From Candidatus Eiseniibacteriota bacterium (lineage in GTDB: Bacteria > Eisenbacteria > RBG-16-71-46), in contig JAXDBZ010000302.1 in assembly GCA_034678345.1 (NCBI GenBank), positions 1 through 43,133 on the forward strand: a DNA stretch of 43,133 nucleotides, in the 5' to 3' direction. Position 1 is the stretch's first letter. Every line of letters begins with the position of its first letter. A model generated the notes under the pieces. It was not told where the DNA came from. It saw only the letters and a list, made by a program, of their open reading frames with translations, and did not search any database. The translations under genes were made by a program, and so were the position numbers. Positions 8,787 to 17,342 of the stretch are shown here, piece by piece.

Positions 8787-9425
8787 GTGTTCGCCCCGCT
8801 CGTGCTGACCCTCGTCGCCGGCTACCTCTGCGGCTCGCTGCCGTGGGGGTTGTGGATCGGACGTCTGGCCCGCGGGGTGGACATCCGCACCGTGGGATCG
8901 GGCAACCTCGGCGCGACGAACGTCTACCGGACGCTGGGGCCGGGTCTGGGCGTCCTCACGCTCGTGCTCGACATCGCCAAGGGCGTACTGCCCGTGTGGG
9001 TCCTGCCCCAGCTCGCGCTGACGGCCGGCTTCCCGGGCGGGCCGGAGTGGTGCCGCCTGGCGGCCGGTCTCGCGGCCGTCGCCGGGCACGTCTGGACGTT
9101 CCTCGCGGGTTTCCGTGGCGGCAAGGGGGTGGCGACGACCGTGGGAGTGCTGCTGGCGCTGGCCCCCGTCGCCTTCGGCGTCTTCGTCCTGGTGTTCGTG
9201 GTGACGGTCGCCCTGACGCGCTTCATCTCGCTCGGCTCCACCCTGGGGGCAGTCGCGTTCGCGGTCACGCTGGGCGTGGTCTCACGCGGCGGAGTGCGGA
9301 GCCCCACGTTCCTGCTGGGCGCGGCGCTGGCTCTGCTGGTGATCGCCCGCCACCGTGACAACTTCCGCCGGCTGGCCCGCGGCCAGGAGCGGCGTTTCGC
9401 GTGGAAGGGAGGCAAGGGGGCGTGA
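8787..9425 (+). CDS. plsY: Glycerol-3-phosphate acyltransferase PlsY
   Basis: Polytopic membrane protein with the PlsY signature GSGNLGATNVYRTLG. Confidence 0.9.
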   Translation: MFAPLVLTLVAGYLCGSLPWGLWIGRLARGVDIRTVGSGNLGATNVYRTLGPGLGVLTLVLDIAKGVLPVWVLPQLALTAGFPGGPEWCRLAAGLAAVAGHVWTFLAGFRGGKGVATTVGVLLALAPVAFGVFVLVFVVTVALTRFISLGSTLGAVAFAVTLGVVSRGGVRSPTFLLGAALALLVIARHRDNFRRLARGQERRFAWKGGKGA

Positions 9426-10411
9426 ACACCGTGGCCGTTCTGGGGGCCGGGTCGTGGGGCACCACGTTGGCGATCCACCTGTGCCAGGTCGGGGCCGAGG
9501 TCCGGCTGTGGGGCAACGTCCTGGCGGACTTGGAAGCCATGCGGCGCGACCGCGAGAACCGGAAGTTTCTGCCTGGCATCGCCCTGCCCGAGGGGGTTAA
9601 GGTGCTGCCGGAACTGGAGGCGGCGCTCGACGGAGCCGGCTTCGTCTTCTACGTCGTGCCGTCGCAGGCCGTGCGCGAGGTGGGCGGGCGCGTGACCCGC
9701 GCGGGTTGCCGGGCGCAGGCGGTCTGCTGCGCCAAGGGGCTCGAGCTGGGGACCCTGAGGCGCATGAGCGAGGTGCTGCGCGAGTGCCAGGATGGGGCCG
9801 ATCCGGTCATACTCACCGGGCCGAGCCACGCCGAGGAGGTGAGTCGCGGCATCCCCACCACGGTGGTGGCAGCGGCGGCCGACGAGGAACGCGCCCGGAC
9901 GGTGCAGGTGCTCTGCTCCACCCCGGCGTTCCGGGTCTATACGAACACCGACGTGACCGGCTGCGAGTACGCCGCCGCGCTGAAGAACGTCATCGCCATC
10001 GCCGCCGGCGTCTGCGACGGCATCGGCTGGGGCGACAACACCAAGGGGGCTCTGCTGACGCGCGGGCTGGCGGAGATCTCGCGGCTGGGCGTCGCGCTGG
10101 GGGGGCGGCGCGAGACGTTCTTCGGGCTCGCCGGTCTCGGTGACCTGGTGACGACGGCGATGAGCCGCCACAGCCGGAACCGGCACGTGGGGGAGGGCAT
10201 CGGTCGTGGGCGTGGCCTCCAGGAGATCCTGGGCGCCATGGTGATGGTCGCCGAGGGCGTGACGACCTCGCGCGCCGCGCGCGACTTGGGGCGCGCCCGC
10301 GGCGTGGAGATGCCGATCACCGAGGAGGTGTGTGCGATGCTGTTCGACGGCAAGAGTCCGCGGGACTCGCTGCTGGCGCTCATGACCCGCGACCTGAAGA
10401 GCGAGCAATGA
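9422..10411 (+). CDS. gpsA: NAD(P)H-dependent glycerol-3-phosphate dehydrogenase GpsA
   Basis: Rossmann motif VAVLGAGSWGTTLA and family-typical blocks NTKGALLTRGLAEI. GTG 9422 overlaps the plsY stop (GTGA) and is preceded by GGGAGG. Confidence 0.9.
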   Translation: MNTVAVLGAGSWGTTLAIHLCQVGAEVRLWGNVLADLEAMRRDRENRKFLPGIALPEGVKVLPELEAALDGAGFVFYVVPSQAVREVGGRVTRAGCRAQAVCCAKGLELGTLRRMSEVLRECQDGADPVILTGPSHAEEVSRGIPTTVVAAAADEERARTVQVLCSTPAFRVYTNTDVTGCEYAAALKNVIAIAAGVCDGIGWGDNTKGALLTRGLAEISRLGVALGGRRETFFGLAGLGDLVTTAMSRHSRNRHVGEGIGRGRGLQEILGAMVMVAEGVTTSRAARDLGRARGVEMPITEEVCAMLFDGKSPRDSLLALMTRDLKSEQ

Positions 10412-10866
10412 CCCGCGCCCGGACGACGACCCGTCGGGCGCGCCCCGCGGCGGCCCGGCCGAGCTCGAAACGGAAGGCGCGCCCGGCGCGGCCCGCGCCG
10501 CCTTCCGAGGCCAAGCTCTACCGTCCGATCAGCGAGGTGGCCGAGGTGGTGGGAGTCAAACCCCACGTCCTGCGGTACTGGGAGACGCAGTTCAGCATGC
10601 TGCGGCCCCGGAAGAACCGGGCCGGGAACCGCATGTACCGCCCGGAGGAGGTCAAGCTCCTCATGCGCATCAAGGAGCTGCTCTACGACCGGCGTTTCAC
10701 CATCGCCGGCGCTCGCAGCCACCTGCTGGCGCAGCGCAAGGACCCGGCCCCGCGCCTGCCGGAGGCGACGCCCAACGAGGCCGAGCGCCGGCTGTTGCTG
10801 CACGAGGTGAAGACCGGGCTGCGGCAGATCCTGGGCCGCCTGCGCGGGCCCGGACCGGAGGCCTGA
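10408..10866 (+). CDS. MerR-family transcriptional regulator with a basic N-terminal tail
   Basis: HTH block YRPISEVAEVVGVKPHVLRYWETQFSMLRPRKNRAGNRMYRPEEV. ATG 10408 overlaps the gpsA stop (ATGA). Confidence 0.8.
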   Translation: MTRARTTTRRARPAAARPSSKRKARPARPAPPSEAKLYRPISEVAEVVGVKPHVLRYWETQFSMLRPRKNRAGNRMYRPEEVKLLMRIKELLYDRRFTIAGARSHLLAQRKDPAPRLPEATPNEAERRLLLHEVKTGLRQILGRLRGPGPEA

Positions 10867-10906
10867 GACGCGGGGTCCCGGGCCGGTCGGACTGTCCGGA
10901 GCCCGC

Positions 10907-10935
10907 TTGCGGGCGGGCCCCGACTCGCCTAGATT
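10907..10935 (+). promoter_or_regulatory. Candidate sigma70-type promoter for tRNA-Pro(GGG) (TTGCGG-17 nt-TAGATT)
   Basis: TTGCGG at 10907..10912, a 17-nt spacer, and TAGATT at 10930..10935. It ends about 30 nt upstream of the tRNA 5' end. Confidence 0.35.
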
Positions 10936-10964
10936 CAAGGCGAAGGAAGTGCACCCCTTGCGGT

Positions 10965-11041
10965 CGGGGCGTAGCGCAGCCTGGTAGCGCACCTGCATGG
11001 GGGGCAGGTGGTCGCTGGTTCAAATCCAGTCGCCCCGACCA
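10965..11041 (+). tRNA. tRNA-Pro (anticodon GGG), CCA encoded
   Basis: Manual cloverleaf: acceptor CGGGGCG/CGCCCCG, D arm GCGC-AGCCTGGTA-GCGC, anticodon arm CCTGC-ATGGGGG-GCAGG (G37), T arm GCTGG-TTCAAAT-CCAGT, discriminator A, CCA. Confidence 0.9.
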
Positions 11042-11047
11042 TTCTCG

Positions 11048-11083
11048 CCGGCGGGCGCCGGTGCTGCAGGGGGCGCCCGCCGG
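11048..11083 (+). terminator. Perfect 12-bp stem-loop directly after tRNA-Pro(GGG), followed by TTCTTGGGTT
   Basis: CCGGCGGGCGCC (11048..11059), a 12-nt loop, and GGCGCCCGCCGG (11072..11083). Confidence 0.5.
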
Positions 11084-11142
11084 TTCTTGGGTTCGCCGGC
11101 CCCGCCTGGCGGGGGACCGGCCCGCGTGTTACGTTCGGATTC

Positions 11143-11583
11143 ATGGCTCACACGCGAAAGACCCCGACCCTGTCCCGCTTCAGCATCTCGATGGGCGCGG
11201 CGCTGGCGCGCCAGCTGGACGCGATGGCGCGGGAGCGCGGCTACACGAACCGCTCCCGGGCGGTGGCCGATATGGTCCGCGCCCAACTCGTCGAGCACCA
11301 TGCCCACGCCGCGGCCCGGGAGATCGCCGGCACCATCACCCTCGTTTACGACCACCATCGCCGCAACCTCCAGGCGCTGCTCACGGGCATCCAGCACGAC
11401 CACGGCGACCTGATCGTCTCGACCCTCCACGTGCACCTCGACCATCACTGCTGCATGGAGGTCCTCGTCGTGCGGGGCCGGGCCCGCGAGGTCCGGCGGC
11501 TCGCCGACCGCCTCATCGCCGCGCGCGGCGTGACGCACGGGCGCCTCACCGTCACCACCACTGCCGGCGACGGCCCGGCATGA
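11143..11583 (+). CDS. nikR: Nickel-responsive regulator NikR (ribbon-helix-helix plus C-terminal metal-binding domain)
   Basis: LSRFSISMGAALARQLDAM..GYTNRSRAVADMVR (RHH), then His/Cys-rich TLVYDHHRRNL...STLHVHLDHHCCMEVLVVRG. ATG 11143 avoids overlap with the tRNA. Confidence 0.85.
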   Translation: MAHTRKTPTLSRFSISMGAALARQLDAMARERGYTNRSRAVADMVRAQLVEHHAHAAAREIAGTITLVYDHHRRNLQALLTGIQHDHGDLIVSTLHVHLDHHCCMEVLVVRGRAREVRRLADRLIAARGVTHGRLTVTTTAGDGPA

Positions 11584-11610
11584 CGTCGCGGCGCTGAGGG
11601 AGGAAGGCTC

Positions 11611-12570
11611 ATGCACATCCCGGACGGGTTCCTCGACGCACGGACCGCCCTGACGGGGGCCGCCGTGGCCGCGGGGGGTGTGTCGGTGGCGCTGGTGGGC
11701 CTGCGCCGCACGCTGCCGTCGAACCGGGTCCCGTTGGTGGGGCTGGCCGCCGCGTTCGTGTTCGCCGCCCAGATGCTGAACTTCCCGGTCGCGGCGGGGA
11801 CATCGGGCCACCTCGTCGGGGGCGTGCTCGCGGCCGTGCTGCTCGGACCCGGGGCGGCGGTGGCGGCGATGACCGCGGTGGTCGTCCTGCAGTGCCTGAT
11901 GTTCGCCGATGGGGGTGTGACCGCCCTGGGCGCGAATCTCTTCAACATGGCGCTGGTGGCACCGATCGTGGGCTACGCCGCGTACCGCGCCCTGCGGCGT
12001 CTCGCCGGCGGCGGGATGCGGGCGACGATCTTCGCCAGCGCCTTCGCGGCCTGGGCGTCCACGGTGGTCGCCGCCATCGCCTGCGCCGGACAGCTCGCCC
12101 TTGCCGGCACGGTGGCCTGGCGTGCCGCCCTGCCGGCCATGGCCGGAGTGCACATGCTCATCGGGCTCGGCGAGGCGGCCATCACCGCCATGGTCGTCGC
12201 CGCCGTGGCCCGGGCCCGACCCGAGCTGCTGAGCGAGGTGCACGCGCCCTACCGCCGCCCGCGGACCGGCCTCTTCGTCGCCCAGGGCCTCGTGGTGGCG
12301 CTGGGCCTGGCCCTCTTCGTCGCGCCGTTCGCTTCGGGGTGGCCCGACGGGCTGGAGCGCGTCGCGCTGCAGCTGGGTTTCGAGCATCGCGCCGGCGCCC
12401 CCGTCCCGGCGCCGCTCGCGGATTACGGCTTCGCCGGCATCACGAGCCCCGCCGCGACCGCCGTCGCGGGCGCCGTGGGCACGCTGGCCGCCTTCGCCCT
12501 GGCCGCCCTGCTGGCGCTCCTGCTGGCGCCCCGTCGGGCCGATCCCCCGGCCGCTGGGAGCCCCTCCTGA
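11611..12570 (+). CDS. cbiM: ECF-transporter substrate-capture component CbiM/NikM with a C-terminal PDGLE-domain extension
   Basis: Starts MHIPDGFLD (the conserved CbiM N-terminus used for metal ligation). Multiple TM segments. The C-terminal extension carries the literal motif WPDGLERV between two TM helices. GGGAGGAAGG RBS. Confidence 0.85.
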   Translation: MHIPDGFLDARTALTGAAVAAGGVSVALVGLRRTLPSNRVPLVGLAAAFVFAAQMLNFPVAAGTSGHLVGGVLAAVLLGPGAAVAAMTAVVVLQCLMFADGGVTALGANLFNMALVAPIVGYAAYRALRRLAGGGMRATIFASAFAAWASTVVAAIACAGQLALAGTVAWRAALPAMAGVHMLIGLGEAAITAMVVAAVARARPELLSEVHAPYRRPRTGLFVAQGLVVALGLALFVAPFASGWPDGLERVALQLGFEHRAGAPVPAPLADYGFAGITSPAATAVAGAVGTLAAFALAALLALLLAPRRADPPAAGSPS

Positions 12571-12611
12571 TCCCCGCGCTGCTCGAGCCGTACGAGCCCG
12601 GCACCAGCCCG

Positions 12612-13181
12612 GTGCATCGGCTGCCCGCCGGCGTCAAGTGCGGGGGCGCGCTGCTCGCCGTGGTGGCCATCGTGCTTCTGCCGCGCGGGGCCTGGCCCGC
12701 CTATGGCGCCTGGGGCGTGGGCCTGCTCGTGCTCGCCCTGCTCTCGCGCGTACGCCTCGGTCGCCTGGGCCTGCGCCTGCTGGCGATCGCGCCTTTCGCG
12801 TTGGGCGTGGCGTTGCTCTCCCTGGCGCAGCCCGGCGGCCTCGCCGTCTTCGCGGCCGTGCTGACGCGGGGCACCCTGTGCCTCTCCGTCATGCTCCTGC
12901 TCGGGGCGACCACGCGCTTCACCGAGGTGCTGCTCGTCCTCCGGCGCATCCGGGTGCCGGCGCTGCTCGTGACCGTGCTGGCCCTCATGTACCGCTACCT
13001 CTTCGTGCTGGTGGACGAGTCCGTCCGGTTGGCGCGCGCGCGCCGCAGTCGCACGCTGGCGACCCGTCGCCGGGCGGACTGGCGCACGCCGGCCGGGATC
13101 ATCGCCCGGCTCTTCGTCCGCAGCTCGGAGCGGGCCGAGCGGATCCATGCGGCCATGTGCTCCCGGGGCTGGCGGACATGA
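12612..13181 (+). CDS. cbiQ: ECF-transporter transmembrane (T) component CbiQ
   Basis: Hydrophobic protein ending ..ERAERIHAAMCSRGW, as in CbiQ/EcfT. GTG 12612 is the first canonical start. The conserved N-terminal region seems to begin upstream, and CTG 12567 overlaps the cbiM stop as CTGA, so the start is uncertain. Confidence 0.75.
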   Translation: MHRLPAGVKCGGALLAVVAIVLLPRGAWPAYGAWGVGLLVLALLSRVRLGRLGLRLLAIAPFALGVALLSLAQPGGLAVFAAVLTRGTLCLSVMLLLGATTRFTEVLLVLRRIRVPALLVTVLALMYRYLFVLVDESVRLARARRSRTLATRRRADWRTPAGIIARLFVRSSERAERIHAAMCSRGWRT

Positions 13182-13924
13182 ACGCGCTCGACGTCGCCGG
13201 CCTCGGCTACCGCTACGGCGACGGCACGTGGGCACTGCGCGACGTGAGCTTCTCGGTCGCCGAGGGCGAGCGCGTCGCACTCATCGGACCGAACGGGGCG
13301 GGGAAGTCCACGCTGCTGCTGCACCTGAACGGCCTGCTGCCCGAGCGGCCGTCGGAGCGGCCGGCGGTGCACGTTTTCGGCCGCCCCGTGGCGCACCCGG
13401 CGCTGGAGTCGATCCGGGCCGAGGTCGGCCTGCTCTTCCAGGACCCGGACGACCAGCTCTTCTGCCCGACGGTCTGGGAGGACGTCGCCTTCGGGCCACG
13501 CCAGCTCGGCCTCGACGGCGCGGTCCTGGCCGGGCGCGTGCGCGACGCGCTCGCCCGGGTGGGGCTGGCCGGCTTCGAGGACCGCCTGCCCCACCATCTC
13601 AGCCGCGGCGAGAAGCGTCGCGTCTGCCTGGCCGGCCTCCTGGCCTGCGACGCGCGGCTGCTCGCCCTCGACGAGCCGACGAGCGACCTCGATCCCCGGG
13701 GCCGTCGCGAGCTGAAGGCCATCCTGCGCAGTCTGCCCGTGGCGCAGGTGATCGCCACGCACGACCTCGAGATGGTGGTGGAGATCTGTCCGCGCGTGGT
13801 GGTGCTGGACCGGGGCCGCGTGGTGACCGAGGGAGCGGCGGCCGAGGTGCTGGCCGACGAGGCGCTGATGCTGGCGCATGGCCTCGAGTGCCCCCACATC
13901 CTGCGGCACCGGCACCCGCACTAG
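13178..13924 (+). CDS. cbiO: ECF-transporter ATPase CbiO
   Basis: Walker A GPNGAGKST, ABC signature LSRGEKRRV, Walker B LLALDEPTSDLD. ATG overlaps the cbiQ stop (ATGA). Confidence 0.88.
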   Translation: MNALDVAGLGYRYGDGTWALRDVSFSVAEGERVALIGPNGAGKSTLLLHLNGLLPERPSERPAVHVFGRPVAHPALESIRAEVGLLFQDPDDQLFCPTVWEDVAFGPRQLGLDGAVLAGRVRDALARVGLAGFEDRLPHHLSRGEKRRVCLAGLLACDARLLALDEPTSDLDPRGRRELKAILRSLPVAQVIATHDLEMVVEICPRVVVLDRGRVVTEGAAAEVLADEALMLAHGLECPHILRHRHPH

Positions 13925-13977
13925 CGGGGCCACCCGCGCTTGCAACTTGGCCCGCCACGCCCCAAAGTGGCGGCGTC

Positions 13978-14796
13978 ATGCTCTCCTGGTTCCTCTATCG
14001 GATCGGCGACGGACTGGCCCGGCTGCTGCCCACCGGGACGGCCGATCGCATCGGCATGGGGATCGCGCGGCTGCTCTTCGCCCTGCGGGTGCCGGCGCGC
14101 GCCCACCTGGAGCGCAACCTGGCCCGACTGCTGGGCCCGGGACGCGCGGAGGAGGTCGTATCCACGGCTCGCGCGGCCTTCGAGAACTTCGCCCTGAGCC
14201 TGACGGACTTCCTGCGGCTCGGCCGCCACCGCGGCCGCGACCTCGACCGGCTCGTCGAGGTGCAGGGCGCCGAGCACCTCGCCGCCGCCCGGGAATCCGG
14301 GCGCGGCGTCATCCTGCTCTCCGCCCACCTGGGCAGCTGGGAACTGGGCGCCGCGTGGCTGGCCGGCACGGGCATCCCGATCCACCTGGTCGCGCGCCCA
14401 CACCCCAGCCCCTGGGTCGAGCGGTTCTACATCCGGCGGCGCCAGGCGTGCGGTGTCGGCCTGCTGACCGAGCGGCCCCTGTGGCGATCCGCCGCCGGCG
14501 TGCTGCGCCGGCGGGGATGGATCGCCCTCATGGTGGACCGCCGTGCCTCGGACCGGGTGGAGCGGAACCATGCTTCCGCCGGCGTCTGGGCCGCGACGCT
14601 GGCCCGGCGCACCGGCGCGCTCGTGATGCCCGGGGTGATCGTGCGCCTGCCGGGCCGCCGCTTCGCCGCCCGTTTCGAGCGCCCGCAGGAGGCGGAAGCG
14701 GGGACCGCCGACGCGCTGGGCCTGCTCGCTGCCCAGGTCCGCGAGCACCCCTCGCAGTGGGCGGCGTTCGAGCCGCTGCCGGAAGGACTGTCCTGA
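13978..14796 (+). CDS. LpxL/HtrB-family (lipid A biosynthesis-type) lysophospholipid acyltransferase
   Basis: Family-like layout: N-terminal hydrophobic anchor, ..NLARLLG.., and SAHLGSWELGAAWLA (HX4-type acyltransferase block). Confidence 0.65.
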   Translation: MLSWFLYRIGDGLARLLPTGTADRIGMGIARLLFALRVPARAHLERNLARLLGPGRAEEVVSTARAAFENFALSLTDFLRLGRHRGRDLDRLVEVQGAEHLAAARESGRGVILLSAHLGSWELGAAWLAGTGIPIHLVARPHPSPWVERFYIRRRQACGVGLLTERPLWRSAAGVLRRRGWIALMVDRRASDRVERNHASAGVWAATLARRTGALVMPGVIVRLPGRRFAARFERPQEAEAGTADALGLLAAQVREHPSQWAAFEPLPEGLS

Positions 14797-15524
14797 TGCG
14801 GGTCACCGCCCTGATCCCCGCGTATCAGGCCGCCGCCGGACTGGGCGAGGTGCTGCTCCGGCTGCAGGCGCTTCCCGAACCGCCCGAGGTGCTCGTGGTG
14901 GACGACGGCTCCCGCGACGCCACCGCGCAGGTGGCGCGGCAACACGGCGCGCGGGTGCTCTCCTTCGCCGGCAACCGGGGGAAGGGACACGCGCTGCTCG
15001 CCGGCTTCGCCGCCCTGCGTGACGAGTGCGACGCGGTGGTCACGCTGGACGCCGACGGGCAGCACGCGCCCGAGTGCCTGCCGGCCTTCGTGGCCGCGGC
15101 GCGCGACGGGGCGGAGCTGGTGCTGGGGCGACGGGCGCGCACGCCCGACATGCCCCTGCTGCGGCGCTTCGCCAACGGCATGTCCTCGGCCTGGGCGAGC
15201 GCCATCGCCGGACAGCGGATCTCCGACAGCCAGTGCGGCTACCGGCTCCACACGCGCCGGCTCCTCTTCGCCACCCCGCTCACCCCCGGGCGCTACGAGG
15301 TCGAGACGGAGCTGGCGGTGCGGGCCGCGCGGCTCGGCTTCCGGGTGGCCGAGGTCGAGATCCCGACCCTCTACGGGCCGGAGCGCAGCCAGATCCGCAT
15401 GCTGCGCGACGTCCCGCGCATCCTGGGAACGATGCTGCGGCTGACCGCGGAGCGGATCCGGCCGCCCGCGGTCATGCGCGCCGCCGCCGCGGGGCTGGCC
15501 GGCGCGGCGGGGGAGGTCCGGTGA
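14796..15524 (+). CDS. Soluble family-2 glycosyltransferase
   Basis: ALIPAYQAA...VLVVDDGSRDAT...GNRGKGHAL..VVTLDADGQH (GT-A DxD). ATG overlaps the upstream stop by 1 nt (TGATG). Confidence 0.75.
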   Translation: MRVTALIPAYQAAAGLGEVLLRLQALPEPPEVLVVDDGSRDATAQVARQHGARVLSFAGNRGKGHALLAGFAALRDECDAVVTLDADGQHAPECLPAFVAAARDGAELVLGRRARTPDMPLLRRFANGMSSAWASAIAGQRISDSQCGYRLHTRRLLFATPLTPGRYEVETELAVRAARLGFRVAEVEIPTLYGPERSQIRMLRDVPRILGTMLRLTAERIRPPAVMRAAAAGLAGAAGEVR

Positions 15525-16267
15525 ACGTCCTGCTCACGAACGACGACGGCGTCCAGGCTCCGGTCCTGCGCGAGCTGCAGCGGGCCCTGTCTCCGCTCGG
15601 GCGGGTCGTCGTGGTGGCCCCGGACCGCAACCAGAGCGCCACCTCGCACGCCCTCACGCTGCACCGGCCGTTCCGCATCCTGCAGCACGACACGGACGTC
15701 TTCAGCGTGGACGGCACGCCCACGGACTGCGTCATCACCTCCTTCTACGGCCTGCTCGACGAGAGGCCCGACCTCGTCATCTCGGGGATCAACCTCGGAC
15801 CGAACATGGGGGAGGACGTCTTCTACTCCGGCACGGTGGCGGCGGCCATCGAGGGCTCGCTGCAGGGCACCCCCGCCATCGCCGCCTCCTGGGCGGGCAA
15901 GCTCGAGCCCGACTGGCGCGAGCCGGCGGGCTTCCTCGCGCGCCTGGTGGCGACGCTGCTCGAGCGCGGCCTGCCACGGCGTCACCTGCTCAACGTGAAC
16001 CTCCCGGCGCGGCCGTGGCCCGAGGTGCGCGGGGTGCGGGTGACCCGGCTCGGCAGCCGCATCTACCACGACACGCTGGTGAAGAAGGTGGACCCGCGCG
16101 GTCGCGACTACTACTGGATCGGCGGCGAGGACCCGGAGTGGGAGTCCATCGTCGGCACCGACTTCCACGCCGTGCACCAGGGCTGGATCTCCGTGACCCC
16201 GATGCGGCTCGACCTGACCGCGGACGGCGTCCTGGCGGAGCTGGAGGCATGGGACCTGGCGAAGTAG
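15521..16267 (+). CDS. surE: 5'/3'-nucleotidase SurE
   Basis: N-terminus VNVLLTNDDGVQAPVL and SGINLGPNMGEDVFYSGTVAAA. GTG overlaps the upstream stop (GTGA). Confidence 0.9.
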   Translation: MNVLLTNDDGVQAPVLRELQRALSPLGRVVVVAPDRNQSATSHALTLHRPFRILQHDTDVFSVDGTPTDCVITSFYGLLDERPDLVISGINLGPNMGEDVFYSGTVAAAIEGSLQGTPAIAASWAGKLEPDWREPAGFLARLVATLLERGLPRRHLLNVNLPARPWPEVRGVRVTRLGSRIYHDTLVKKVDPRGRDYYWIGGEDPEWESIVGTDFHAVHQGWISVTPMRLDLTADGVLAELEAWDLAK

Positions 16268-16959
16268 GACGTCCCCGGGGTGCGGGGGAGGCGGACCGCT
16301 TCGTCGCCGAGCGGCTCCTCATGGTGGAGTCGCAGATCCGCGCCCGCGGCGTCCGCGACGAGCGCGTGCTGGCCGCCATGCGCGAGCTGCCGCGGCACCT
16401 GTTCGTGCCCGCCGCATTGCGCGACGACGCTTACGGGGACTGGGCGCTCCCGGTCGAGCACGGCCAGACGATCTCCCAGCCCTACATGGTGGCCCTCATG
16501 CTTGAGCTCGCCGCCCTGGCGCCCGGGCACCGCGTGCTCGAGATCGGCACGGGCACCGGCTACCAGACCGCCCTGCTGGCCGCGCTGGCGGGAGAGGTGT
16601 ACAGCGTCGAGCGGATCCATGGGCTGCTCGAATCGGCCCGGGTCCGGCTGGCGGCCCGGGGCATCGCCAACGTGACGCTGCACGAGGGCGATGGGACCTT
16701 GGGTTGGCAGGCCTTCGCGCCCTATGATAGGGTCCTCGTCGCTGCGGCGGCACCCCGTGTCCCCGAGGCCCTCAAGCGACAACTCGGAGAGCGGGGTGTT
16801 CTCGTGATTCCCGTCGGCGGCGCCGGGATCCAGCGCCTGGAGGTCTGGCGCCGCACCGCGAGCGCGGACTGGGAATCGAAGCGTTACGGCGAGTGCCGTT
16901 TCGTCCCCCTGCTCGGGCAGGACGGCTGGGGCGGGGAGCGTGACGGGTCGAGCAGTTGA
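16249..16959 (+). CDS. pcm: Protein-L-isoaspartate O-methyltransferase Pcm
   Basis: QTISQPYMVALMLE and the SAM motif VLEIGTGTGYQTALLA. The start is either ATG 16249 or ATG 16321. I prefer 16249 because the N-terminal helix aligns upstream of 16321. Confidence 0.85.
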   Translation: MGPGEVGRPRGAGEADRFVAERLLMVESQIRARGVRDERVLAAMRELPRHLFVPAALRDDAYGDWALPVEHGQTISQPYMVALMLELAALAPGHRVLEIGTGTGYQTALLAALAGEVYSVERIHGLLESARVRLAARGIANVTLHEGDGTLGWQAFAPYDRVLVAAAAPRVPEALKRQLGERGVLVIPVGGAGIQRLEVWRRTASADWESKRYGECRFVPLLGQDGWGGERDGSSS

Positions 16960-16967
16960 ACACCGGT

Positions 16968-17044
<77 letters not shown>

Positions 17045-17063
17045 TCCTTCCCACCGCGGACGC

Positions 17064-17342
17064 ATGCAGCGACTCCATCTGGTCGTCACCGGAGAGGTGC
17101 AGGGCGTGGGATTCCGCTGGTACGTGCAGCGGACGGCCCGGCTCCTCGGCCTGCGGGGAGAGGTCCGCAACCGTGCGGACGGCGCCGTCGCCATCGAGGC
17201 CGAGGGCGAGCGCGAGCCGTTGGAGCGGCTGGCCGCCGCCGCCCACGAGGGACCCGCCGGGGCGACGGTGACGGGCGTCGAGGCGCGCTGGAGCGAGGGG
17301 CCCGCCCGATACCGCGACTTCGGGATCGGGACGACCTCGTGA
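17064..17342 (+). CDS. acyP: Acylphosphatase
   Basis: VTGEVQGVGFRWYVQRTARLLGLRGEVRNRADGAVAIEAEG is the acylphosphatase signature. Confidence 0.85.
   Translation: MQRLHLVVTGEVQGVGFRWYVQRTARLLGLRGEVRNRADGAVAIEAEGEREPLERLAAAAHEGPAGATVTGVEARWSEGPARYRDFGIGTTS

Noticed and set aside
6189-9089. 966-aa minus-strand ORF, plus the 721-aa + strand ORF at 5111..7276
   Set aside because: They run antisense or off-frame through mutL, miaA, a tRNA gene, der and plsY, all of which have unambiguous signatures. They are a classic GC-rich shadow ORF artefact.
13599-13979. Minus-strand ORFs overlapping cbiO and the acyltransferase gene (for example 12995..13945 and 13921..14748)
   Set aside because: They lie antisense to genes with Walker/ABC signature motifs and acyltransferase blocks, and their translations are low-complexity.
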